From NCBI GenBank assembly GCA_963716585.1, contig CAVQTN010000004.1, positions 371,993-435,992 of the forward strand: 64,000 nucleotides of DNA. Direction: 5' to 3'. Shown one piece after another: positions 30,318-41,596 of this stretch. Numbering within the stretch: position 1 is the first letter of the stretch; every line of letters begins with the position of its first letter. The DNA is from an uncultured Chloroflexia bacterium (lineage in GTDB: Bacteria; Chloroflexota; Limnocylindria; QHBO01). The position numbers and the translations under genes are program-made. The notes beneath the pieces were generated by a model. The model worked only from the letters and a program-made list of their open reading frames with translations, was not told where the DNA came from and ran no database searches.

Positions 30318-33157
30318 CCCGCGAGACGAAGCGAGCCGTGCCGGCCGCGAAGACGGCCGCCGTGGCCAAGCCGGTCACGCGGAACAGGGTCGCATCCCGC
30401 AATGGTCCCGCGCTCCTCCCCGCCCCGAGCCTGCGCATCGTCGAGACGCGCGTCTACCGCGGACCGAGCTACTGGAGCTACGAGCCCGCGATCAAGTTGA
30501 TCGTCGACCTCGGCGTGCTCGAGGAGTTCCCGTCGAACACGATCCGCGGGTTCGTCGAGGGCCTGCTGGACCTGCTCCCGGCAGTCGGCCGGCACAGCTG
30601 CTCAACCGGCAAGGCCGGGGGCTTCGAGAAGCGGCTGCGAGACGGCACGTGGGCCGGTCACGTCGCCGAGCACATCGCGCTGCAGCTGCAGCGCGAAGCC
30701 GGCACCGAGGTCGGACGCGGCAAGACACGCGGCACCGGCGAACCGGGCCGCTACCACGTGGTGTACGCCTACGCCGAGGAGAGCGTCGGGGTCGCCGCCG
30801 GTCGGCTGGCGGTGCGCCTGGTCAACCACCTGGTCGAGGCCGATCCCGCCTTCGACTTCGGCGCCGAGCTCGAGAAGCTGATCCTTCTCGCCGAGAAGGC
30901 CGCCTTCGGACCGTCCACTCAGGCGATCCTCGACGAGGCCGCCATGCGCGACATCCCGGCCATCCGGCTCAACGAGCAGTCGCTGGTGCAGCTGGGCCAC
31001 GGCGTCCACCAGAAGCGGATCCGCGCCACCATGACCTCGCTGACGTCCTCGCTGGGGGTGGACATCGCCAGCGACAAGAAGCTCACCAATCGGCTGCTGG
31101 CCGGGACCGGCGTCCCGGTGCCGCGCTCGGAGGTGGTCCGCGACGAGGAGGAGGCGGTCAAGGCCGCAGCGGTCATTGGTCACCCGGTGGCGGTCAAGCC
31201 ACTCGACGGCAACCATGGCCGCGGCGTGATGTTGAACCTGGCCGACGAGACGGCGGTGCGCGGCGGCTACGCCGTCGCGCGCTCGCAGTCACGCCACGGC
31301 TCCGTGGTGGTCGAGAGCTACCTGGCCGGCAACGACTACCGCTGCCTGGTGATCGGCGGCGTGCTGCGCGCCGTCGCACAGCGTCTCCCGGCGCATGTCG
31401 AGGGTGACGGCAGGCACCCCCTGGCCGAGCTGGTCGAAGCGACCAACGCCGACCCGCGGCGCGGGATCGGTCACGAAAAGGTGCTCACCCGCATCAAGAT
31501 CGATGACGAGTCGGTGCTCTACGCCCGCGAGCAGGGCTTCGAGCTGAGCGACGTACCCCCGCGCGGCACGCGCGTCTACCTCAAGCGCACCGGCAACATG
31601 AGCACCGGCGGCATCAGCATCGACCGGACCGACGAGATCCATCCCGACAACGCCGAGATCGTCGAGCTCGCCGCGCGCGTGGTCGGGCTCGACATCGCCG
31701 GCATCGACCTCGTCTGCCCGGACGTGTCGCTGCCCATTCGCGAGACGGGGGGTGGGATCGTGGAGGTCAACGCCGCGCCCGGCTTCCGGATGCACACCCA
31801 TCCGACCGAGGGCGAGGCGCAATACGTCGCCAAGCCGGTCATTGACCTGCTCTTCCCGCCGGGCAGCGACTCGCGCATCCCGATCGTGGCGGTCACCGGC
31901 ACGAACGGCAAGACCACCACAGCCCGCATGATCACCCACATCATGAAGGGCCTCGGCCACAAGGTCGGCATGACCTCCACCGACGGGATCTTCGTCGACG
32001 GTCGCGTGGTCCGTCGCGGCGACATGAGCGGCCCACGCTCGGCATCCACCGTGCTGCAGAACCCCACGGTCGATTTCGCCGTGTTCGAGGTGGCCCGCGG
32101 AGGCATCCTGCGCGAGGGGCTCGGCTACCAACGTAACGACGTGGCCGTCGTCCTGAACGTCAGCGGCGACCACCTCGGGCTGGGCGGCATCACCTCGCTC
32201 AAGCAGCTCGCCGGCGTCAAGCAGGTCGTCGTGGAGGCGGTGCCACGCGACGGTGTGGCAGTGCTCAACGCCGAGGACCCGCTGGTTGCCGCCATGGCCC
32301 GCCACTGCTCCGGATCGGTCATCTACTTCTCGATGGACCCCAGCAACGAGCTGATCCGCCGCCAGTCGTCGCGCGGCCGGCGCGCCGTCACCCTGGAGCC
32401 CGGCACGAACGGCGAGATGATCGTCCTGCGCCAGGGACGCAAGTCGATGCCGATGGCCTGGACGCATCTGCTGCCTGCCACATTCGAGGGTCGAGCCCGC
32501 ATGAACGTGCAGAACGCCCTGGCCGCGACGGCCGCGGCGTGGGCCGCCGGCGCGCACCTGCACGACATCCGCCAGGGACTGCGAACCTTCACGACCTCGT
32601 ACTTCATGGCACCTGGCCGGCTGAACATGTTCGAGCTGGACGGCTACCGCGTCATCGTCGACTACGCGCACAACCCGGCTGCCGTGCAGGCCCTCGGCGA
32701 GTTCGTGGATGCGCTCGCGGAGCCGACCCCAGGCGGACGCCTGCCGCTGGTCAGTGGCAGGCGCATCGCTGTCGCCGCCACCGCCGGCGACCGGCGCGAC
32801 GAGGACATTCGCGAGATCGGTGCAGTTGCCGCCCGATATTTCGACGCGATCATCGTTCGCGAGGACGTGAACCCGCGCGGCCGCCAGCCTGGCCAGACGG
32901 CGGCGCTCATCGAGGAGGGCGTCCGCGACGCGATGGCGGCCGGTGCGCGTTGCCGGTCCGTCGAGATCGAGCTCGATGAGATCGAGGCGACCCGCCGCGC
33001 ACTCGACATGGGGGCCGCGGGCGATGTGGTGGTCGTCTGCGTCGATCGCGCGAACGACGTGTGGAAGGAGCTGCAGCGCCGCCAGCATGGCGCGTCGAGC
33101 GCCATCGCCGGCCCGATACTGGGAGTCGGCGACGACGATGCGACCCTCGTCGGCTAG
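30314..33157 (+). CDS. cphA: Cyanophycin synthetase CphA1
   Basis: N domain with Cx19HxxEH, ATP-grasp (KPLDGNHGRGV, EVNAAPGFRMH), Mur-ligase-like M domain (VTGTNGKTTT, EVARGG, VDYAHN). Confidence 0.96.
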   Translation: MTRETKRAVPAAKTAAVAKPVTRNRVASRNGPALLPAPSLRIVETRVYRGPSYWSYEPAIKLIVDLGVLEEFPSNTIRGFVEGLLDLLPAVGRHSCSTGKAGGFEKRLRDGTWAGHVAEHIALQLQREAGTEVGRGKTRGTGEPGRYHVVYAYAEESVGVAAGRLAVRLVNHLVEADPAFDFGAELEKLILLAEKAAFGPSTQAILDEAAMRDIPAIRLNEQSLVQLGHGVHQKRIRATMTSLTSSLGVDIASDKKLTNRLLAGTGVPVPRSEVVRDEEEAVKAAAVIGHPVAVKPLDGNHGRGVMLNLADETAVRGGYAVARSQSRHGSVVVESYLAGNDYRCLVIGGVLRAVAQRLPAHVEGDGRHPLAELVEATNADPRRGIGHEKVLTRIKIDDESVLYAREQGFELSDVPPRGTRVYLKRTGNMSTGGISIDRTDEIHPDNAEIVELAARVVGLDIAGIDLVCPDVSLPIRETGGGIVEVNAAPGFRMHTHPTEGEAQYVAKPVIDLLFPPGSDSRIPIVAVTGTNGKTTTARMITHIMKGLGHKVGMTSTDGIFVDGRVVRRGDMSGPRSASTVLQNPTVDFAVFEVARGGILREGLGYQRNDVAVVLNVSGDHLGLGGITSLKQLAGVKQVVVEAVPRDGVAVLNAEDPLVAAMARHCSGSVIYFSMDPSNELIRRQSSRGRRAVTLEPGTNGEMIVLRQGRKSMPMAWTHLLPATFEGRARMNVQNALAATAAAWAAGAHLHDIRQGLRTFTTSYFMAPGRLNMFELDGYRVIVDYAHNPAAVQALGEFVDALAEPTPGGRLPLVSGRRIAVAATAGDRRDEDIREIGAVAARYFDAIIVREDVNPRGRQPGQTAALIEEGVRDAMAAGARCRSVEIELDEIEATRRALDMGAAGDVVVVCVDRANDVWKELQRRQHGASSAIAGPILGVGDDDATLVG

Positions 33158-34732
33158 GCGATCCTGAACGGGACATAGCCGGCGCCGGTCAGCCAGTCGA
33201 ATACCTCGCCTCGCTCGGCGTGCGTCATGACGGCGACCACGTCGCCAGCGTCCGCGCGCGATGCCAGCTCGGCCAGGGCAGCCACTTCCGACGGATAGCT
33301 GTCCACCTCGCGGTCGAAGCCACCCTCGCGCAGGCCGGAACGCAGCAGCTCGTTCATGGCTGGCAGGTCGCGCCCACGCAGGTAGTGCCGCTTCTCGGCG
33401 ATCACGACCTCATCAGCCCCGCCGCCCGCGATGGCGCCGAGCGAGCGAAGCACCTCGTCGCTGCGATCGCCGGCCGTGCCCAGGGCGAGCAACACTCGGC
33501 CGGCGGCCACGCCGCGGGCGACCTCCAGCAGGCCCCTCAGGCCGGCCTCGTTGTGCGCGAAGTCGACCAGCACACGAACGCCGTCGCGCTCGAACAGGTT
33601 GAGCCGGCCGGGATTGGCCGACGCATCAGGCGTGAAGCTGCGCAGCGCGTCGCCGATCGCGCCGGCGGCGAACCCGAGCGCATCGCACGCGGCGGTGGCA
33701 GCCAGTGCATTGGCGAGGTTATGCCGCGACAGGCCGGCGAGCGTGATCGGGATCTCTTCGGCGCGCACCACGCGCGAAGACGGGCCGTCGGCGCGACGGA
33801 TCACCACCCATCCGCGATCGAGGACGCAGGCGCGTCCACCGGCCTCCAGGGCAACGTCGACCGCCGGCGCGCCCGGATCGAGGCTGAAGACGTACCAGCG
33901 CGCGCGCGTCTCGCGGCGCATCGCCCACACCAGCGGATCTTCGCCGTTGAGCACGGCCCAGCCATCGCGCCGCGTGATGCGCACCACGGTGGCTTTGACC
34001 TCGGCCAGCTCGTCGAGCGTGTCAATTCCCTGCAGCCCGAGATGGTCCGGGCTGACGTTGGTGACCACGCCGACGTCGTTGGCGGCATAGCCGATGCCGC
34101 GCAGCAGGATGCCGCCGCGCGCCGTCTCGAGCACCGCGAGGTCGAGCCCTGGCTCGCCAAGAACCCGGCCGGCGCCGCCGAACCCGGTCCAGTCTCCTGC
34201 CTCGACCTGCCGGCCGCGCAGCTCGATTCCGTCGGAGTTGGTCATGCCCACCGCCAGGCCGACGGCGCTGGCCACGTGGGCGATCAGCCGCGTGGTGGTG
34301 CTCTTACCGTTCGTGCCCGTGACGGCCACGATCGGCATGCGCTGACGGGCCAGCCGCGGGCAGCGAGCCGAGTGCCGTGGCCTGCAATGCTCGCAGCTCG
34401 CGCGTTTCGTCCGTGCGACCGAGCGCCAGGCGCGCCGCCGCGCTGCCGATCACCTGCGAGACGGTGCGGCGACGCCACGGGTAGGCGACCAGCGCGCGCA
34501 GGCCGTCGACGGATCGACGAGAGGTGATGCGCGGCGCCGGCATGCCAAGGGCCACGTGCAGCCGTCGGACCGCCAGCGCTGCCGATGCGGCGACCTCGGC
34601 AGCGGCTCCCGCCTCGTCGCCGACGAACTCGAGCTTCACCGCGGGACGGGTGAAAAAGCGGTTCGGCCCATCGAGCACCCGCAGCTCCAGCAGCTCGACG
34701 CCGTTGCCCGGAGCCTGCGCGTCGTGCGGCAT
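33154..34732 (-). CDS. CphA paralogue: short N-like segment plus Mur-ligase (M) domain, no ATP-grasp; one apparent 1-nt frameshift near 34359
   Basis: ELLELRVLDGPNRF resembles the CphA start (LRIVETRVYRGPSYW). Removing one base from the GGG at 34358-60 joins it to MPIVAVTGTNGKSTTT...LETARGGILLRG...DHLG...VDFAHN, giving about 525 aa. Confidence 0.82.
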
Positions 34733-34739
34733 GACGGTG

Positions 34740-34747
34740 AGTATACT
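34740..34747. promoter_or_regulatory. Palindromic AGTATACT giving a TATACT -10 on both strands
   Basis: Sits in a 25-bp divergent intergenic gap: 7 nt to ATG 34732 (-) and 10 nt to GTG 34758 (+). Confidence 0.65.
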
Positions 34748-34757
34748 TTCGCCTCCC

Positions 34758-36012
34758 GTGACTTCCGCGCCGTCGCCAACCGAGCTCCAGCGCCTCGCCG
34801 CCGCGCGTCAGGATGCCTTCCTCGACGAGCTGCGCGGGCTGGTCGGCATCGACTGCGGCTCGTACACGCGCGACCGGCGTCGAACCAGGTCGCCGACTTC
34901 TGCGCCGATGCGCTGCGCGGGCTCGGCGCGACGGTCGAGCGCATCCCGCACCGGCGCGACGAGGCGCCGCTGGGCGACCTGGTGATCGGCCGCCTCGACG
35001 GCGACGGGCCGCACTGCTGCTGATCGGCCACATGGACACCGTCTTCGAGCCAGGGACGGCGGCTGCGCGCCCGTTCCGGATTGGCGGGTCACCGGGCGTT
35101 CGGGCCGGGCGTCACCGACATGAAGGGCGGCCTGCTGGCCGGCTTCCACGCCCTGGCGGCCTCCAGGCTGCCGGGGCACGACCGACGGTGACCTACGTCT
35201 GCAACCCGGACGAGGAGATCGGCTCGCCGTTCAGCACGCTGCACATCCGCGAGCTCGGTCGCCAGCAGCACGACGCTGGCGTTCGTTCTCGAGTGCGCCC
35301 GCGCCAACGGCGACATCGTCAGCGCGCGCAAGGGCGATCGCCGACTTCCAGATCGACGGTCACCGGCCGCGCGGCGCACGCCGGCGTCGAGCCGGAGAAG
35401 GGACGCAGCGCGATCCTCGAGGCGGCGCACAAGGTGGTGGCGCTGCACGAGCTCAACGGCCGCTGGCCGAGCGTCACGCGTCAATGCCGGCGTGATCGAG
35501 GGCGGGACACGCCCCAACGTGGTGGCGGAGCGCTGCGATCGTGAAGGTCGACCTGCGCGCGGCCACCGTCGCCGAGTTCGACACCGCGGTCGAGACCCTC
35601 CAGCGGGTCGTCGCACAGGCAAGCGTCCCGGGACGACCGGCGAAGCGCTGCGCGTCTCGGGCCACGCGCCAATGGAGAAGTCGCCGGCCACCGCGCGCCT
35701 CGTGGCGCTGGCGCAGGACGTCGCCGCACGAGCATGGGCTTCGACCTTTCCGACGCTGCGACCGGAGGGGCAAGCGACGCCAACACCACCTCCGGCATGC
35801 GGGCTGCCGACCCTCGACGGGCTGGGACCGATCGGCGGCGACGATCACTCCGCCGACGAGTGGCTCGACGCTCCAGCGTCGTGCCGCGTGTGGCGCTGCT
35901 CGCCGGGCTCATCGCCCGCGCGTCGGAGGGGGTCGCACCGTCGGCGAGCGACCTTGCCGGTGAGCGCCGGGAGGTGCTCCGAGTCCGACCCTGTAGAATC
36001 GGGATTCCGTGA
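34758..36012 (+). CDS. M20 family metallopeptidase (carboxypeptidase G2-like), split by several indels; 3' end approximate
   Basis: LLIGHMDTVF, GPGVTDMKGG, NPDEEIGSP, GRAAHAGVEPEKG, GTRPNVV, DGLGPIGGDDHSADEW recovered across frames. Confidence 0.85.
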
Positions 36013-36465
36013 CCGACGAGTTTCGCCACCGCACGCGGCTCGAAGTGCGCTTCCGGGATGTCGACGCCTTCGGCCACGTCAACAACGCGGTCTTTCTGTC
36101 CTACATCGAGCAGGGGCGCATCAGCTACCTGGCGCAAGCGCTGCAGCTGCCCGATCGACCCTGACCGAGTGGAGGAGCTGCCCTTGATCCTGGCGCGAAT
36201 CGAGGTCGACTACCGGGCGCCGATCTTCTTCGGCCAGCCGCTGGAGGTCGGGACCCGCATCGACTGGATCGGTCGCAGCAGCTTCAGCATGTCGCACCGG
36301 ATGACGGCCGGTGACGACGGCCATATTGTTGCCGAGGCATCGAGCGTGCTCGTCAGCTATGACTACGCCGCCGCGAGACCCATGCCCGTGCCGGACCCGT
36401 GGCGCGCCCGCTTCGAGACGGCCGAAGGTCGCTCGCTACGCCGCACAGCACAGGGAGTCGCATGA
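36009..36465 (+). CDS. Acyl-CoA thioesterase (4HBT/YbgC family), one indel near 36150
   Basis: VRFRDVDAFGHVNNAVFLSYIEQGR, then IEVDYRAPI...IGRSSF in the next frame. Confidence 0.88.
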
Positions 36466-37883
36466 CCGATCCGCAGCGCTTCGACCTGCTCATCCTCGGC
36501 GGCGGGATGAGCTATGTCGGCGCCATCCGCGCCGCGCAGCTCGGCCTGAAGGTCGCCATCGTCGAGCGCGACCGGCTCGGCGGCACGTGCCTGAACCGCG
36601 GTTGCATCCCGTCGAAGGCCTTGCTCGAGACCGCAGACCTGCTGCATCGGGTCACCGCCCAGGGTGCCGAGTTCGGCCTGACCCAGGGAGAGCAGGTGGG
36701 CCTCGACTACCCGATGCTCGGCAAACGACGCGATGCGGTTGTCGACAAGCACGTCAAGGGCGTCGAGTTCCTCATGAAGAAGAACGGCATCAGCGTGCTG
36801 CGCGGCAACGGCACGCTGACCGCGCCGACCAGCGTGCACGTCAACGGCGGCGAGGCCGGCGAGCTGGATGCCGGCGCCACCGACCTGATACTGGCCACCG
36901 GATCGGCGCCGCGCAGCCTGCCGGGGCTCGAGATCGACGGCGAGCGGATCATCACCTCGGACGAGGCGCTACGCGCAACGACGTGCCCAGGCGGGTGACG
37001 ATCGTGGGCAGCGGTGCCATCGGGGTCGAGTGGGCCAGCATGTACCGAGACTTCGGCAGCGAGGTCCACCTCGTCGAATTCCTGGACCGCGTCGTCCCGC
37101 TCGAGGAGCCGGACGTCAGCAAGGAGCTCAATCGCGTCTTCAAGCGGCGCGGGATCACCATCTACACCGCCTCGACCATCGCCACCGACAGCATCGAGCG
37201 CACCGAGGGCGGACTGAAGTTCGCGGTCACGCCCAATGAAGGTGACGGGCGCACCGAGGTCGAGACGGACGTGATCCTGGTGGCGGTCGGCCGACGGCCG
37301 CTGACCGACGGCATCGGCCTGGAGAACATCCCGGGCGTGGAGCTGGAGCGCGGCTACGTCAAGGTCGACGAGTACATGCGCACCGGCGTCGAGCACCTGT
37401 ACGCCATCGGCGACATCGTCCCCGGCTTTCAGCTGGCGCACGTCGCCAGCCACGAGGCCGTCGTGGCCGTCGAGAAGATCGCCGGCCACGATCCCGAGCC
37501 GGTGCGCATGGATCTCGATGCCGCGCGTCACGTTCTGCCGGCCGCAGATCGCCAGCGTCGGAATCGGCGAGCAGCAGGCACGGGAGCAGGGCCGCGAAGT
37601 CAAGGTCGGTTCGTTCCCGTTCCGCGCCCTGGGCAAGGCGACGATCGTCGGCGAGAGTCGACGGCTTCGCCAAGATGATCGCCGATGCGCGAGACCGGCG
37701 TGCTGCTCGGCGCGCATATCATCGGTCCGCACGCCGGCGACCTCCTCGCCGAGCCGACCCTGGCGCTGCTGGTGGAGGGGACCGTCGGGCGAGATCGCCA
37801 TGTCGGTGCACGCACACCCGACCCTGACCGAAGTGCTCGCCGAGGCCGCCCTGGCGGTCGACGGCGCAGCGATCCACGTCTGA
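36462..37883 (+). CDS. lpdA: Dihydrolipoyl dehydrogenase (E3), frameshifted in this sequence
   Basis: GGTCLNRGCIPSK redox disulfide, GSGAIGVE, YAIGDIV, HAHPTLTEV. Confidence 0.93.
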
Positions 37884-37897
37884 GAGGATGAAGCACG

Positions 37898-38966
37898 ATG
37901 AGCAGCTCGAAGACGGCGACCAGGCCGCGGCACGCGGAACTCGGCCTCAGCGACGACGAGGTGCTGGCGATGTACCGCGAGATGCTGCTGGCACGTGCCG
38001 TCGACGAGCGCATGTGGCTGATGCAGCGAGCCGGCAAGATCGCCTTCATCATCTCCGGCCAGGGCCACGAGGGTGCGCAGGTGGGCATCACCTGGCCGAT
38101 GCGCAAGGGCGTGGACTGGATGGCGCCGTTACTACCGCTCCATCGCGGCCAGCCTGACGTTCGGCATGAGCGCCGCAGGACATCGTCACGGCGCACCTTG
38201 CCAAGGGCGATGACGTGTCGTCCGGCGGACGCCAGATGCCCGGGCACTACGGGGGCGCGCCGTACAACATCGTCAGCGTCAGCTCGCCGGTCGGCACCCA
38301 GGTGCTCCACGCGGTGGGGCATGGCGATGGGTGCCTGGGTCAAGGGCGAGGACAGTGGTGGCGATCACCTATTTCGGCGAGGGGACCGGCCAACCAGGGC
38401 GAGGTGCACGAAGCGATGAACTTCGCCGGTGTGCACAAACTGCCGGTCATCTTCGTCTGCGAGAACAACGGCTATGCCATCAGCGTGCCGCTCGCCCAGC
38501 AGGTCGCCGGCCTGTAGCGTCGCCGCCCGCGGCGCAGGGCTACGGCATGCCGGGGATCACCGTCGACGGCGGCGACGTGCTGGGCTGCTACGCCGCGGGG
38601 CGGGATGCCCACGAGCGGGCGCGGCGCGGCGACGGGCCGACCCTGATCGAGGCCAAGGTCGTGCGCATGACCTAGCCACTCCTCGGACGACGACCAGCGG
38701 CGCTACCGAGACCCGGCCGAGGTGGACGCGCTCAAGGAGCAGGATCCGATCCTCATCTTCGCCCGCAGCTGCGCGAGGGTGGCGTCCTGACCGACGAGAT
38801 CGACGAGCGCCTGCGCAGCCGAGGTCAAGGCCGAGGTCAACGAGGCCTCCAAGCGCGCCGAGGCGCGGCCCGGGCCCGACGTGACCACCGCCGAGCGCTT
38901 CGTGTATGCGGACCCTGATCACAGCGCGCCGGGAGCGTCCGACCCGCCGACCTGGAGGCGCGCTGA
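37898..38966 (+). CDS. bkdA1: Branched-chain 2-oxoacid dehydrogenase E1 alpha, frameshifted
   Basis: FIISGQGHEGAQVG, SGGRQMPGHYG, EAMNFAGVHKLPVIFVCENNGYAISVP; same order as the Bacillus bkd operon. Confidence 0.85.
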
Positions 38967-38967
38967 G

Positions 38968-39956
38968 ATGGCGGAGCTGAACATCCTCGAGGCGATCCGC
39001 CAGGGATGGACGAGGAGATGGAGCGCGACTCGAACGTGATGGTCCTCGGCGAGGATGTCGGCAAGAAGGGCGGCGTCTTCGGCGCCACCGACGGGCTGTG
39101 GGCCAAGTACGGCGGCAAGCGCGTGCTCGACACGCCGCTCAGCGAAGGGATGATCGCGGGCGCCGCTGCCGGCGCTGCCACTCTACGGCCTGCGGCCGAT
39201 CGCGGAGATGCAGTTCGCCGACTTCGTCTATCCCGCCTTCAACCAGATCGTCTCCGAGATCAGCCGCATGCGCTATCGGTCGAACGGAACCTTCGGCCTG
39301 CCGATGGTGATCCGCATGCCGTACGGTGGCGGCGTCCACGGCGCGCTGTACCACTCCAGTAGAACGAGGCCTATTTCACCTCGACGGTGGGCCTCAAGGT
39401 GGTCGCACCGGGCACGCCGGCCGATGCCAAGGGGCTGCTCAAGGCCGCCGTGCGCGACCCGGACCCGGTGATGTTCTTCGAGCACAAGAAGACGTACCGC
39501 CTGTTCAAGGCGGAGGTGCCCGACGGCGACACGATCGTTCCCATCGGCAAGGCCGAGGTCGCCCGCGAGGGCAAGCCACCTGTCGATCTTCTGCTACGGC
39601 TACATGCGCATCTGCGCGCTCGAGGCGGCCGAGACGCTCGCCCGCGAGGACGGGTCGAGGCCGAGGTGGTCGACCTGCGCACGCTGCGTCCGCTCGACAC
39701 GCGCCGCGATCCTGGCGTCGGTGGCGAAGACCGGAAAGGCGCTGGTCGTGCACGAGGCGAATCGCTTCGGCGGCTTCGGCGGCCGAGATCGCCGCGATGA
39801 TCGCCGAGGAGGCGTTCGAGCAGCTCGACGGCGCCGGTCACCCGCCTCGCCGGCCCGGACGTGCCGGGCGTGCCATACCACCACAACCTCGAAGAGTGGT
39901 TCATGCTCAACCCTGCCAAGATCGTCGAGGCCGCCCGCAAGCTCGCCGCGTACTAG
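38968..39956 (+). CDS. bkdA2: 2-oxoacid dehydrogenase E1 beta, frameshifted
   Basis: [56 protein letters not shown]. Confidence 0.88.
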
Positions 39957-39981
39957 GAACCCGAAGGAGCGACCCTGACCG

Positions 39982-41488
39982 ATGCCAACCACGATCAAGA
40001 TGCCGCAGCTCGGCGAGTCGGTCACCGAGGGCACGATCGAGCGCTGGCTGGTCAAGGAGGGCGACAAGGTCGAGCAGTACGACCCGCTCTTCGAGGTCGT
40101 GACCGACAAGGTCAACGCCGAGGTCCCGGCCGAGGTCGCCGGCAAGGTCACCAAGATCATCGTCGGCGACGGCGAGACGGTGAAGGTCGGCACGCCGTTG
40201 GCCGAGATCGAGACCGATGGCGCCGGCGCAGAGTCGCCGGCAGCCGAGGCCGCGGCGCCTGCCGCGACCGCACCGCCTGCCGAGGCCGCCCCGCGCTGAC
40301 GCCGAGCCTCAGCCGGCCGCAGCCGGAGATGCCCCAGGCGGCCGGCGCGCAGCCGCCCCCGAGGCGGCAGACGGCACCAAGCGGCGGCGCGACCGGGCGT
40401 GGCAACCGACGAAGCGGCGACGCAGACCGGCGAGCCACAGAACGGCACGACCGGCCGCGCCGCCGACCGACAGCTCGCGTGCGCATGACACCTGCCGTCC
40501 GACGCCTCGTCCGCGAGCACGACCTCGATGTCAGCCAGCTGACCGGCAGCGGTGCCGGCGGACGCGTCACCCGCGAAGACGTGCTGAGCTTCATCAACCA
40601 GGCCGGTCAAGGACCAGCGGCAGCGGCAGCTCCTGCGGCTTCAGCCGCGCAGCCCGCGCCTGAGGCGGCCGTCGCACAGGCGCCAGCCGCTCCCCCGCCA
40701 CCACCGGCTCCCGCCGGGACGGCGCCCGCGCCCGCGCCGATCTATCAGCCGACACCGGTTCCCACGCCCTCAGGTGGCGACACTGAGCTGCCACTGACCC
40801 AGATGCGCAAGGGCATCGCGCGAAAGATGACCCAGGTCAAGCAGACCGTTCCGCACGCTTACACCGTGGTCGAGGTCGACATGACCGATGTCGTCCGCTG
40901 GCGCGAGGCCAACACAGGGCGCCTACAAGGCCCGCGAAGGCATCGGCATCAGCTACGTCGCGGTGCGTGGTCAAGGCGGTCACCGAGACGCTGCGCATGC
41001 ACCCGATGCTCAACAGCCAGTTCGCCGAGGACAAGGATCATCCTCAAGCAGGCGATGAACATCGGCATCGCGGTGGCGGTCGACAACGGTCTGCATGGTG
41101 CCGGTCATCCCAACGCCGACCAGCTCTCGATCAGCGGCGTGAACCGCCAGGTCCAGGACCTCGCCGCTCGCGCCCGCAGCCAACAAGCTCAAGCTCGACG
41201 AGATCCAGGGCGGCACCTTCACCGTCAACAACACGGGCTGGTTCGGATCCGTGTCGTCGATGCCGATCATCAACGCGCCGGAGGTCGCCATCCTGTCGAT
41301 GGAGGCCATCGTCAAGCGGCCATTCGTGATCGAGGCCGATGGTCGAGGACGTGATCGCCATTCGCTCGATCATGAACATGACCTGCAGCTTCGACCATCG
41401 CGTTCTCGACGGCGCGCAGGTCGGCTCATTCCTGGCCGACGTGCGCAAGCGCCTGGAGTCGTGGGACCCGAACACGCCGCTGGGCTGA
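39982..41488 (+). CDS. bkdB: Dihydrolipoamide acyltransferase (E2), frameshifted
   Basis: Lipoyl domain MPQLGESVTEGT...VTDKVNAEVP, E3-binding TPAVRRL...GSGAGGRVTRED, catalytic PIINAPEVAIL...FDHRVLDG. Confidence 0.9.
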
Positions 41489-41596
41489 CCCGCCTCGACC
41501 GGAGGGCTGCTCGAACTCGTCGCGTCAGCTAGAGCTTCGCCTGCTCAGCGGGCTCTTGGCGTCACCTGGGCGCGATGTCGAACCTCGACAAGGCCT

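Noticed and set aside
34758-41488. Calling the M20, thioesterase and bkd genes true pseudogenes
   Set aside because: Damage is indel-type with intact catalytic motifs and codon bias, consistent with sequencing error. Kept as CDS pending read evidence.
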